A stretch of 64,000 nt of DNA, taken from an uncultured Armatimonadetes bacterium. Lineage in GTDB: Bacteria; Armatimonadota; UBA5829; DTJY01. Below, in pieces: positions 40,080-49,670 of the stretch. The notes below the pieces were generated by a model that worked only from the letters and a program-made list of their open reading frames with translations, did no database searches and was not told where the DNA came from. The translations under genes and the position numbers were made by a program. Each line of letters starts with the position of its first letter. Positions within the stretch are counted from its first letter, which is position 1. The stretch covers positions 1,248,001 through 1,312,000 of the forward strand of contig OY970325.1 of assembly GCA_963717145.1 (NCBI GenBank), read 5' to 3'.

Positions 40080-42230
40080 CTACCGCGACTGCCCGGGATT
40101 CGACTTCATGGAGAGCGAGACGCGCCCCCGGGGGATATCGACGCCGATCACCACCACCGAGACCTTCTGCTGCACCTTCACGGCCTCGTTCGGGTCGCTG
40201 ATGAACTTGTCTGCAAGCTGGCTGACATGCACCAGGCCGTCCTGATGCACCCCTATATCGACGAACGCGCCGAAAGCCGTGACGTTGGTCACGATCCCCG
40301 GAAGCTTCATGCCGACCTTGAGGTCCTCCAGGGTCTCGACCCCATCCGCGAACCGGAACACCTCGAACTGCTCGCGGGGATCGCGTCCGGGCTTCGCAAG
40401 TTCGTCCATGATATCGCGCAGCGTCGGCATTCCGATCGTATCGGAGACGTAGCTTTCGAGCTTGATCTGCTTGCGCAGGTTCTCGTCACGCATCAGGTCG
40501 GCGACCGTGCAGCCGAGATCGCCGGCCATTCGATCGACGACCGAGTAGCTCTCGGGGTGGACGGCGCTTGCGTCGAGCGGGTTCTTGCCGTCACGGATGC
40601 GCAGGAATCCGGCGGCCTGCTCGAACGCCTTCGGACCGAGGCCCTTGACCTTCTTGAGCTGGACCCGCGAGGCGAACGGTCCGTTCTCATTGCGGAACGT
40701 CACGATGTTGTCGGCAAGCTGCGGGCCGAGGCCGGAGACGTAGGTGAGCAACTGCTTGCTCGCGGTGTTGACCTCGACGCCAACACCATTGACGCAGCTC
40801 ATTACGGTATCGTCCAGGCTGCGCTTGAGCAACTTCTGATCGACATCGTGCTGATACTGCCCCACCCCGATCGACTTCGGGTCGATCTTCACGAGTTCCG
40901 CGAGCGGGTCCATCAGCCGTCGCCCGATCGAGACTGCGCCTCGAACGGTGATGTCCTGATCGGGGAACTCCTCGCGGGCAACCTCCGACGCCGAGTAGAT
41001 CGACGCGCCGGATTCGTTCACCATCACGACGTCGATCTGCTTCGGCAGGTTGAGCTGCTGAATGAATCGCTCGGTCTCACGGCTGGCCGTGCCGTTCCCG
41101 ATGGCGATGACCTCGATCTTGCACTTCTCGATCAGGCGCAGGAGCGTGACGCCTGCCTGGCGGAGATTCCCCTCGCCGGTGTGCGGGTAGATCGTCTCGT
41201 TGCGGATCAGTTTGCCCTGTCGGTCGAGGCAGACGACTTTGCATCCCGTGCGGAATCCCGGGTCGAGGGCGAGCACGTTCTTTCGTCCAAGCGGCGCTGA
41301 GAGAAGCAGCTCTCGGAGGTTTGCGGTGAACACGCGGATCGCTTCTTCATCCGCACGGCGCTTCAACTCCGCGCGGACCTCTGTCTCCATCGACGGCGCG
41401 AGAAGCCGCTTGTAGCCGTCCTGCACGGCAAGATCGACCTGCGCCGAAGCCGGCGTCCTGCCCTTGACGAAGCGCGTCTCGAGACATCCGACCGCGTCAT
41501 CCTCCGGCGGAGCGACGTGCAGCCGAAGCACGCCCTCGTTCTCGCCGCGCATCATGGCCAGCACGCGGTGCGACGGAGCGCGCTCGAGCGGCTCACTCCA
41601 ATCGAAGTAGTCCTTGTACTTCGCGCCCTCCTCTTCCTTGCCCTTGATAATGGAGGTCGCGATCTTGCCCCTGCGCGTGAAGAGGTCGCGCATCTCACCT
41701 CGGGCATGCTGGTCCTCGCTCACCATCTCCGCGATGATGTCGCGGGCGCCGGCGAGAGCATCGCCCACCGACGCCACTCCGAGTTCCTTGCTGATGAACT
41801 TGGCGGCTTCGGCCTCGGGGTCGGTGTTCGACTTCTGGGCGAGGATGACCAGCGCGAGCGGTTCGAGCCCCTTCTCGCGGGCGATCGTCGCGCGGGTCCG
41901 ACGCTTGGGGCGGTATGGCAGATAGATGTCCTCCAGTTCGGCCATCGTCTCGGCGGCGAGGATCTGCGCGCTCAACTCATCGGTGAGAAGGTCGCGCTCG
42001 ATGAGCGACTTCAGGATCGCCTCCCGGCGGTCGTCGAGTTCCTCGAGCTGCTCCAGCCGGTCGCGAATCGACGTGATCGCGACCTCGTCGAGCGAGCCCG
42101 TCGCCTCCTTGCGGTATCGAGCGATGAACGGAACGGTCGCGCCCTCCCCGATGAGGTCGGCAGTGGCCTGAACCTGTCTGTGCTGCAGATTCAGCTCACC
42201 AGCCAGCTTGTAGATATGCTTGGTGTTCAT
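40080..42230 (-). CDS. tex: Tex-family RNA-binding transcriptional accessory protein
   Basis: TVPFIARYRKEATG.LDE, DPGFRTGCK, GASIYSAS, IGVGQYQHDV and a C-terminal S1 domain. Confidence 0.96.
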   Translation of the reverse strand: MNTKHIYKLAGELNLQHRQVQATADLIGEGATVPFIARYRKEATGSLDEVAITSIRDRLEQLEELDDRREAILKSLIERDLLTDELSAQILAAETMAELEDIYLPYRPKRRTRATIAREKGLEPLALVILAQKSNTDPEAEAAKFISKELGVASVGDALAGARDIIAEMVSEDQHARGEMRDLFTRRGKIATSIIKGKEEEGAKYKDYFDWSEPLERAPSHRVLAMMRGENEGVLRLHVAPPEDDAVGCLETRFVKGRTPASAQVDLAVQDGYKRLLAPSMETEVRAELKRRADEEAIRVFTANLRELLLSAPLGRKNVLALDPGFRTGCKVVCLDRQGKLIRNETIYPHTGEGNLRQAGVTLLRLIEKCKIEVIAIGNGTASRETERFIQQLNLPKQIDVVMVNESGASIYSASEVAREEFPDQDITVRGAVSIGRRLMDPLAELVKIDPKSIGVGQYQHDVDQKLLKRSLDDTVMSCVNGVGVEVNTASKQLLTYVSGLGPQLADNIVTFRNENGPFASRVQLKKVKGLGPKAFEQAAGFLRIRDGKNPLDASAVHPESYSVVDRMAGDLGCTVADLMRDENLRKQIKLESYVSDTIGMPTLRDIMDELAKPGRDPREQFEVFRFADGVETLEDLKVGMKLPGIVTNVTAFGAFVDIGVHQDGLVHVSQLADKFISDPNEAVKVQQKVSVVVIGVDIPRGRVSLSMKSNPGQSR

Positions 42231-42283
42231 GTATTCCTCAGGTATGAAACCTCATCGCCGACTGGAGTCGTCCTGTCTCCAGA

Positions 42284-43189
42284 CTATCCCTTTATCCCCG
42301 TGAGCGTTATGCCCTGAATGAACGTCTTCTGCGTGAAGAAGAAGAGGACGATGATCGGTACGGTGATCACCGTCGACACCGCCATCAGCATCCCGTAGTA
42401 GGAGCCGTACTGGCTCTGGAACATCGCGAGCCCGAGCGAGAGCGTGAACTTGTCCTGGTTGAAGAGGTAGATCAGCGGGCCGAGGTAGTCGTTCCACGAG
42501 CCCATGAACGTGAAGAGCGCCACTGTCGCCAGCGCCGGTTTGGCGAGTGGTAGGACGATCCGCCGATAGATCTGGATCTCCGAGCAGCCGTCGATCTTCG
42601 CGGCCTCCGTGAGGTCCTTCGGGATCGAGAGGAAGAACTGCCTCAGCAGGAAGATGAAGAACGCGTTCCCCAGGAATGCGGGCACCGTGAGTGGCAGGAA
42701 GGTGTCGATCCAGCCGAGCCAGGTGAAGATGCCGAAGAGCGGGACCATCACGACCTGGTACGGGAGCATCATCGTGCTGAGCAGGATGAGGAAGAGCGCC
42801 TCCCTACCCCGCCACGGGATGATCGCGAGGCCGTATGCCACGAGCGAACTCGATATCAGCACGCCCACGACGTTCGCGGTGCAGATGATGAGCGTGTTCT
42901 TGAGGTAGAGCAGGAACGGCACGAAGGTGAGACCCTTCGAGTAGTTGCTCCATTCGAACGGATGAGGTATCCACTTCGGCGGGATGAGCATGATCTGGCT
43001 CTCCGGCTTGAAGGAGGTCGAGAGCAGCCAGAGGAATGGCGCGAAGAAGACCGCGCTCAGGATGATGAGCGCCGCGTAGGTCACGATCTTGCCGGGAGGC
43101 AATGAAAAATGAAAAGTACAAAATGCAAAATGCAAAGTGTCGGATCCCCCCGATTCTGCATTTTGCCCTTTGCCTTTTGCATTTTGCAT
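42284..43189 (-). CDS. Carbohydrate ABC transporter permease (MalG-like); first ~30 aa repeat-derived
   Basis: FLLRQFF..IPKDLTEAAKIDGC EAA motif; WNDYLGPL. Confidence 0.93.
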   Translation of the reverse strand: MQNAKGKGQNAESGGSDTLHFAFCTFHFSLPPGKIVTYAALIILSAVFFAPFLWLLSTSFKPESQIMLIPPKWIPHPFEWSNYSKGLTFVPFLLYLKNTLIICTANVVGVLISSSLVAYGLAIIPWRGREALFLILLSTMMLPYQVVMVPLFGIFTWLGWIDTFLPLTVPAFLGNAFFIFLLRQFFLSIPKDLTEAAKIDGCSEIQIYRRIVLPLAKPALATVALFTFMGSWNDYLGPLIYLFNQDKFTLSLGLAMFQSQYGSYYGMLMAVSTVITVPIIVLFFFTQKTFIQGITLTGIKG

Positions 43190-43197
43190 TTTTCATT
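43103..43197. repeat. Inverted 7-nt tandem repeat (CAAAATG ... CATTTTG)
   Basis: 4-6 heptamers per arm; contains the upstream stop and the downstream start codon. Confidence 0.88.
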
Positions 43198-44131
43198 TCC
43201 CTCCGTAGTACACATACCGCGCGCTCGAGCGGAAGAGCAGGAGCGTCGCGCCGAGGATCACCAGGAACAGCAGCCACGCCATCGCGCAGGCATATCCCAT
43301 CTTGAAAAGCTGGAACGCGTTCCGGAACAGGTACATCGAGAACATCATCGTCGAGTTCACCGGGCCGCCCGTGCCGCCGGTCATCACCCACGCCTGCGTG
43401 AAGTACTGGAAGCCGCCGATGATCCCCATCACCGTCGTGAAGAAGATGTACGGGCTCATAAATGGTATGGTGACATGCCGGGTCTTCTGCCAGGGGGTCG
43501 CGCCGTCGAGACTCGCCGCCTCATAGAGGTCCTGCGGGACGTCCTGCAGGCCGGCGAGGTAGATCACGACCGAGCCGCCGACTCCCCAGGTGCTCATCAG
43601 GACGAGCGCCGGTTTCGCCCACTCGATGCTTCTCATCCATCCCGGCCCGGAGAACCCCGGGAGCCCGAGATGCTGCGAAATCCCGCCGAGCCAATCGACG
43701 CCGAGGTTGATCAGCCCGTAGTCCGGGTTGAGCAGCCAGATCCAGAGGACCGAGCTTGCGACGACGGGGACGATCGACGGGATGTAGAAGATCGTGCGGA
43801 AGAATGCCATGCCCCGCACCTTGGCGTTGAGCAGGATCGCGAGCGAGAGGGCGATCACTATGCCCAACGGGACCGCGAGGGCGGTGTAGTATGCGGTGTT
43901 GTAGATCGACTCCCAGAAGAGCGCGTCGTGCAGGAGGAGCTGGTAGTTCCCCCACCCGACCCAGACCGCGGGTTTCAGCGCGGAGTACCGGCAGAAGCTG
44001 TAGTAGAGCAGCGAGATGACCGGATAGACCGTGAAGCACGCGAGCCCGACGATCGCAGGCGCGCAGAACAGCAGTCCGTTCCGCATATTCACCCGCTCGA
44101 CCCCGCTCCGTCTCTTCCTCGCCGCCCCCAT
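43193..44131 (-). CDS. Carbohydrate ABC transporter permease (MalF-like)
   Basis: IYLAGLQDVPQDLYEAASLDGA EAA motif; MGYACAMAW. Confidence 0.94.
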   Translation of the reverse strand: MGAARKRRSGVERVNMRNGLLFCAPAIVGLACFTVYPVISLLYYSFCRYSALKPAVWVGWGNYQLLLHDALFWESIYNTAYYTALAVPLGIVIALSLAILLNAKVRGMAFFRTIFYIPSIVPVVASSVLWIWLLNPDYGLINLGVDWLGGISQHLGLPGFSGPGWMRSIEWAKPALVLMSTWGVGGSVVIYLAGLQDVPQDLYEAASLDGATPWQKTRHVTIPFMSPYIFFTTVMGIIGGFQYFTQAWVMTGGTGGPVNSTMMFSMYLFRNAFQLFKMGYACAMAWLLFLVILGATLLLFRSSARYVYYGGK

Positions 44132-44144
44132 GCAACAACCTCAC

Positions 44145-44276
44145 TGTAGGGGCGGTTCAACGAAAGATCTACCCAGGGCTGTCATTCTGAGCGTAGCGAA
44201 GAATCTCGATCCCGGGGCCAGATTCTTCGCTACGCTCAGAATGACAGCGGTGGATGATCGGCGAATCGCCCCCACC
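44145..44276. repeat. Nested palindromes: TGTCATTCTGAGCGTAGCGAAGAATCT element (44178-44248, 29-bp arms) inside a degenerate GTAGGGGCG element
   Basis: Perfect inner inverted repeat; outer arms TGTAGGGGCGGTTC / GAATCGCCCCCAC. Confidence 0.85.
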
Positions 44277-44437
44277 GGATATCGTTCATGGGATAGTTCA
44301 CCGGCGAGGGGTGTGTTTTCCTTCGTATGCCAGACATGAAGCGCCCTCTACGTCTGTCCGGCAGCGGAGGGAATGCTTCACGCCGCCCGAAGGTCCACGT
44401 ATTCGCCAGAGAGATCGCCCCTGTCTGGGGAATGATT

Positions 44438-44640
44438 GAGATGTTCAGCCGGAAGAAAGATGTTTCCGCCCGGAGAGAAGTTGTTCCAGCCCGTGGAGGA
44501 GTTGTTCCAGCCCGTGGAGAAGTTGTTCCAGCCCGGATGGAGATCTTCCCGCCCGCGGACAACTACTTCCAGCCCTCTTACAATCTCTCCCCGCCCGGAA
44601 GAAAGATGTTTCCGGTCGGAAAAGAGATGTCATTGGGGAG
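44438..44640. repeat. Degenerate 21-nt tandem array (about 9-10 units)
   Basis: AGTTGTTCCAGCCCGTGGAG(A/G) x3, near-perfect, with decayed units in the same phase on both sides. Confidence 0.75.
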
Positions 44641-44830
44641 GGATCTCTCCCTGATCGGTGACAGGCCCCTGCTCAAGGCCCGGTGAGCTTGCGCACGTCC
44701 TCCGGGCTGCGGGTCAGGATGCGGCGGGCGATCTGGGCGGGCATTGTCTCGACGCGAGAACTCATTCCAGTCACTATCAGATAATCCCCGGCCTCATCAT
44801 CCGTCGGATCGCACTGAGACACATGCGCGA

Positions 44831-47800
44831 CTACCGGGCGACCCGGAAGCCGTACCTCAGATGCTGCTTGTCAGGGACGTCGTAGTCACGCACAGCGCAT
44901 CGCCACGTGTAGGTTTCCGTCCACGGACTCCAGCTTCCGCCGCGCAGGACTCTGTACACATCGCTATCGTCAAACGGAGCAGCAGACCCCGGGTACGACT
45001 TGCGCCAGTCGTAGACCCACTCCTCGGCATTACCGGCCATGTCCTCACAGCCGTAAGGACTCGCACCGCTGGGGTAACTGCCAACCTGCGCCGTCTCGTT
45101 GACCTGGTAGCCTCCGCCTGCGGCATCGTGGTCAAAGAAGTTGTTGCAGTACTCTCTGTTCCAGGTGTCTCCCCACGGATAGACGTTCGGGTGGCCCCCA
45201 CTCCACCGCGCTGCTTTCTCCCATTCGGCTTCAGTCGGCAGGCGCAGTCCTGCCCAGTTGCAGAACGCCTCCGCCTCGTAGAAACTCAACCCTACCGCTG
45301 GGTGATCCGGAGTTTGGGTAAACGGTCCAGTTCCCCAATCCCAAGGTGGATTCCAGTTCAGTGGCATGGCAAGGCCCAAGAGATCTCTCCGTTCTCTGCC
45401 TTTCTGCGACCAATAGGCATCGTTGCTGTAACCTCCAGCATCAATGAAGCGCTGATACTGCTCTCGCGTTACTTCGAACTTGCCCATCCAGTAACCCGGC
45501 AGGGAAACCCAGTGTTGCGGCTCTTCCGGTCCACAGGACCCTGCCTGCGCCCAGTACAGGTCATCGCCAACCCCGCTGTTGCCCATTAGGAAACTCCCCG
45601 CCGGGACATAGAGCATCTCCGTCTTAGAGGGGAACTTGTACGCTTTGGCCTTCTGAGGCTGCTGGCTCGCGGCGAGGACGCTTCCGTTCCAGTCACCCTC
45701 CACCCACACGAAGTCACCGACGTCGAGAGCGCTCAGGCCTGTGACTTCGATCTCCGCGCGACCGTCTGATATCCGCAAGGGAGAGGACGAGGTAACTCGC
45801 CCCCAAGTCCGGACGGGGTTTCGCGGGACGAGTTGGCTGCGCAGATCGCTCGCTCTGATGCCGACACCCGGTCCGCGGACAAGCGTAACCGTTATGGTAT
45901 CCGTGCCGGAGTTTCCGGCCAGGTCCACAGCAGTTACCGTGAGAATGTTCGGCCCCGGGGTGAGGCTGACAGTGAACCTCCACTGGCGCGCCATCCCCTC
46001 ATTGGTCTGTCCCGTGCTGATAGTGACGGATGAGAGGCCGGACATGGGCTCAGGATCGCTACACACACCGTCAAGCGCAACCGACACCTGATCGGTAGTG
46101 AAGTCGAGTCCGTTGTTAGCCTGTATGTCCACCACAGGGCCAGTCGAGTCGACAGCGACGGCAAGGCTACTGGACCAGTCGGATAGGCGCTCCGGGTGCA
46201 ACTGACAGCGGGCCCTAGCTCTCACATAGTAATACCCTTGACTAGTCCACGAGTGGCTCTGCGTGGCGGCACCCCACGTTGGCGTGCTGCCGTCTCCCCA
46301 GTCGAACTGGTATTCAACCGTGTGTCCCAGGCTGGAAGTGGAGCTGGTAGCTGTGTAGTTCGCTGACTCACCTGGCTTGCGGTAAGCATTGCCGGATGGA
46401 ATGCCAGGAACCGAGACGCTTTCTGCGAGAACAATCAGCGTGCGGTGCTCGCCCTCCTCCCTGTTCCCGGACGTATCCCATGCCTCGGCCCAGTACTCCA
46501 GCCGCTGACCGGAGGCGAATGATCCGACGGACTTCGAGCTCGCATATGAACTGGAGAAAATGTTGTCTTGCATCACGTCGCTGTGGAGTGATCCATCATT
46601 CCAGTACACGACAACCTTCTGCAAGTAGGTGTTATCTGAAGCGGAGACGTTGAGAGTCACCGACTGACTCTCGATCGGCGCGGCCGGTGCAGTCGTCACC
46701 GCGACCGACGGTGCCACATTGGGGTTCTCGATGATCTGGAAGTAGTCCGTGTAGGTCTTCTGGTACGTCGCGGAAGCGTCCTTGACAAATACATCCACGT
46801 GCCAGTTGCCGCACTTGCTGGCAGCAGAATTCCCGCTTATCCCAATCCAGCCCCAGAACCGATAGTAATCGTAGTAGCTGTTCTGGCCCGGATCGGCTGC
46901 CGCGAAATCGTAGGTCGTGTACTGGGAGCCGTTGGGCTCATACCATATCCACCTCACGTCAAAACTCTCTACCACCCTATCCGCATTGGCCCAAGTCCAA
47001 GCTCTGGCATCCGTCTGTTCGAACACATCCGTCTCGCCGTCGGTGTTGTATGGAGGGGTACTAGTGTTGACGTTTCGGGTCATCCGATGCTCGGTGAACT
47101 CCCAGCCTATCGTGAACTGCTCTGTCGTTCTGTACTTCCAGCCACTGCCGTCATGTATGTACAGCTTGCATGTCCATCGTCCAGGCCGGTACGAGGCCAG
47201 GTAGTCCCTGATGTACACAGACCACCAGCAGTGGTACGATTCCCAGTAGTCCCACCCGGAGCCATGAGGATCGGGCACAGTATATGTATTCGTGAGGTGC
47301 AGGGTGCCGTCGGGCTCGTAGAACTCCCATTTCACCTGGAGTGATCGAGTTACGTCTGTGAGGCGAACCCAAACCATCGACTGAGTATCCGAACGCCTGA
47401 AGAACTCTGTCTCATAGATCGGGTTGTAAGGACTTGAACCCTGGACGTCCCGGCAAGTAGTAGTACGCTCCAGGGTGTACCCACTGCCGCCTTCATCCCC
47501 CTTGATAGTGAGCCACTTCTGGATCGCCTTGGTAAGACCGTATCGATTGTCAAGGAGGGTTATGGAGATATTCCGAGAAGTGCTGGGGGCTGCGATCTCT
47601 GCCGAGAAAGCACCTCCGGACACCGGCGCTGTGTACAGATTGTCCCCTGTGTTGATGGTTGCCGTGCCCACAGGAACAGCGGAACCGGTGTTGTAATACG
47701 CACTCCCAGTCACAAGCACAGCGGCACCCGGCACTAGGTTGGAACTGGGATTGAGGGTGGCTGTTAGAGTGAGGTCAGTCGGATCCGGAGGAGGCGCCGT

Positions 47801-49528
47801 CTCGATCGGGAAGCTGAACGCATAGGAGCTTGCCATGCTTATGCCCGCCAGGTCTTTGACACCTGTTCCTACGGTGACCGATACGGTTTCGCCAAATACG
47901 AAATCCACCTGAGGGTCAATGGTGAGCTCGTGTGTCGACGGGTCGAGATGGGGAAACGTGCAGCTTTTCGTCCCGCTCATACTCCCAACAACCACGATAG
48001 TCGAGTTCGTACAAGTCGACTTGTCCATCGCCTTGTTGAAGGTGACCCAGATGTTCGTATCCCTACTTGTTCCCTGGCGATGCGAAACCACGGCGGGGAT
48101 CGCTTGGGCAGGATATTCAAGGTAAGGGTTGATCTCCACGGTGTGATTGTAGTTCTCATCCATCCAGTGGCTTAGTACATCGGACCGGAAGTCTTTCGCG
48201 CTCCCGTAAGATCCTGTGATCATCTGCACCAGGAACTTGATCCAGTCAGCGGGATTCAGCCAACTCCACCAGTTGAGCTCCAGGATCTTATCATACTTTG
48301 CATTGTACCAGTAGCCCAAGCCGTAGCGAATCTGGACCGTATTGAGTATAAGACGCCGAATTGACTCGTATGCCGGATCAGATGAGCCTGGCAACTGCGT
48401 TTCGAGATCGATCTCGTACCAGAACAGAAGTTCGTTAATGGTCGCGGCGCAGCACATTGACTGCATGTCTGACACATCTGCGAGGCACTCCGTGATTATC
48501 TGGTACGACAAGTAGTATGGTATCACCAGCCGGGTCACGCTCGTTGCCAAGGTGCCTTTGATCAACCCGAACTCCGTGGCAACCTGCGACGTGAACACCC
48601 CAAATTCTACCAGGTATCCTGCCCCATGGGATTGAAACGCATTCAGGGTTGATTGGATGACGTTCACATCCTTTTCGATGAACTCCGCAACATCTGCCTT
48701 TGCCAGGTTGAACCCTGCGCTGATTGCCGGATCGCTTGGATGGGTGTGGTCCAAGAAAGCCTGCAGACATTCCATTCGTTCGTAGAGCGCCGCGTTTTCA
48801 ATGGAGTGCAGGAACATGTCTTGCGCTACGTCCGCCCGGATGTTCAGGGCAAGAGAGACGCCGCTCAGTGCCACAGACAGCTTTCCGAGCGACTTGACAA
48901 AGTGCTTGTCGTTCACAACTCTCTGCCAGTTCAGCAGCGTGGTCTGGATTTCTGCGGGCTGGAAACCCCAGGTCCCACCGCTCTTGAGAACTGCGAGTAG
49001 ATCGGCCAGATCGCTGCCCGCTTCGACTACTTTGGATGATTCACTTGCCACGTCACGCAGTTGGGCATACCTAGAGCCCGATACCTTCAGCCTAGCCGCC
49101 AGCTCTGGCTGCATCATCGCGGCAACGAAGGCATGGCGATATCGCTCTACGCGAATACTGTAGCTGTCAAGGTCGAGAAAGAGGAATGCGTCCCTCCACC
49201 ACCCAGAAGTCGTCGTCGATGGAACGTATACGGAGTAACCAGACCGGTTCGCGAGTTCGACGTACACGATGGTCGTATCGTGGATCGTGGGGAAGCCAGA
49301 CGAGACCGATGCCGGATGTAACTGGTTGACAGAGACGCGGGTACCCGCACGCGACTGGGTTACCAGAGCGGACGATGATGTTTCCGGGCCGCGTGCGACA
49401 ACCCCCGCGCCACCCCCGGAATCGCCTTCCACGGGCGGAACTGCTCCTATGAGAGCCGATGAGGATGCAAGCGCTAAAAGCAGAACCGTTGTTAGAACAG
49501 CATAGGCAGATCGGGACTGGTACATCAT
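44831..49528 (-). CDS. Large secreted multidomain protein: helical N-terminal region, Big_5/Ig and PKD-like domains, C-terminal FGE-sulfatase (C-type lectin fold) domain
   Basis: ATG 49528 after GGAGGT; signal peptide; VTFNKAMD, YQFDWGDG, VDLAGN, VPAGSFLMG, EVT..QY..F, RLPTEAEWEKAAR, DMAGNAEEW and RVLRGGSW...GFRVAR. Confidence 0.85.
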   Translation of the reverse strand: MMYQSRSAYAVLTTVLLLALASSSALIGAVPPVEGDSGGGAGVVARGPETSSSALVTQSRAGTRVSVNQLHPASVSSGFPTIHDTTIVYVELANRSGYSVYVPSTTTSGWWRDAFLFLDLDSYSIRVERYRHAFVAAMMQPELAARLKVSGSRYAQLRDVASESSKVVEAGSDLADLLAVLKSGGTWGFQPAEIQTTLLNWQRVVNDKHFVKSLGKLSVALSGVSLALNIRADVAQDMFLHSIENAALYERMECLQAFLDHTHPSDPAISAGFNLAKADVAEFIEKDVNVIQSTLNAFQSHGAGYLVEFGVFTSQVATEFGLIKGTLATSVTRLVIPYYLSYQIITECLADVSDMQSMCCAATINELLFWYEIDLETQLPGSSDPAYESIRRLILNTVQIRYGLGYWYNAKYDKILELNWWSWLNPADWIKFLVQMITGSYGSAKDFRSDVLSHWMDENYNHTVEINPYLEYPAQAIPAVVSHRQGTSRDTNIWVTFNKAMDKSTCTNSTIVVVGSMSGTKSCTFPHLDPSTHELTIDPQVDFVFGETVSVTVGTGVKDLAGISMASSYAFSFPIETAPPPDPTDLTLTATLNPSSNLVPGAAVLVTGSAYYNTGSAVPVGTATINTGDNLYTAPVSGGAFSAEIAAPSTSRNISITLLDNRYGLTKAIQKWLTIKGDEGGSGYTLERTTTCRDVQGSSPYNPIYETEFFRRSDTQSMVWVRLTDVTRSLQVKWEFYEPDGTLHLTNTYTVPDPHGSGWDYWESYHCWWSVYIRDYLASYRPGRWTCKLYIHDGSGWKYRTTEQFTIGWEFTEHRMTRNVNTSTPPYNTDGETDVFEQTDARAWTWANADRVVESFDVRWIWYEPNGSQYTTYDFAAADPGQNSYYDYYRFWGWIGISGNSAASKCGNWHVDVFVKDASATYQKTYTDYFQIIENPNVAPSVAVTTAPAAPIESQSVTLNVSASDNTYLQKVVVYWNDGSLHSDVMQDNIFSSSYASSKSVGSFASGQRLEYWAEAWDTSGNREEGEHRTLIVLAESVSVPGIPSGNAYRKPGESANYTATSSTSSLGHTVEYQFDWGDGSTPTWGAATQSHSWTSQGYYYVRARARCQLHPERLSDWSSSLAVAVDSTGPVVDIQANNGLDFTTDQVSVALDGVCSDPEPMSGLSSVTISTGQTNEGMARQWRFTVSLTPGPNILTVTAVDLAGNSGTDTITVTLVRGPGVGIRASDLRSQLVPRNPVRTWGRVTSSSPLRISDGRAEIEVTGLSALDVGDFVWVEGDWNGSVLAASQQPQKAKAYKFPSKTEMLYVPAGSFLMGNSGVGDDLYWAQAGSCGPEEPQHWVSLPGYWMGKFEVTREQYQRFIDAGGYSNDAYWSQKGRERRDLLGLAMPLNWNPPWDWGTGPFTQTPDHPAVGLSFYEAEAFCNWAGLRLPTEAEWEKAARWSGGHPNVYPWGDTWNREYCNNFFDHDAAGGGYQVNETAQVGSYPSGASPYGCEDMAGNAEEWVYDWRKSYPGSAAPFDDSDVYRVLRGGSWSPWTETYTWRCAVRDYDVPDKQHLRYGFRVAR

Positions 49529-49636
49529 CGTTACCTCCGAATGTACTGCTGAATCAATTGGGTGAAGCGAATCGTTCCCGGCGCGTCTGCGAGGAGTAGT
49601 GGTGCTTGCGCCGGGCTGCTGGGTGGCAGTGTCCAC

Positions 49637-49665
49637 ATGTTAGCGCCACAATGTCCGGTTGTCAA
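49637..49665 (-). promoter_or_regulatory. Putative sigma70 promoter of the large secreted protein gene
   Basis: TTGACA-17 nt-TAACAT; the -35 overlaps the IS target duplication. Confidence 0.55.
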
Positions 49666-49670
49666 GCTCA

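Noticed and set aside
44831-44960. DGR variable region at the end of the FGE-sulfatase domain
   Set aside because: No template repeat or reverse transcriptase in the window, and the codons do not show a clear NNC/NNT adenine-mutagenesis pattern. A remote DGR cannot be excluded.
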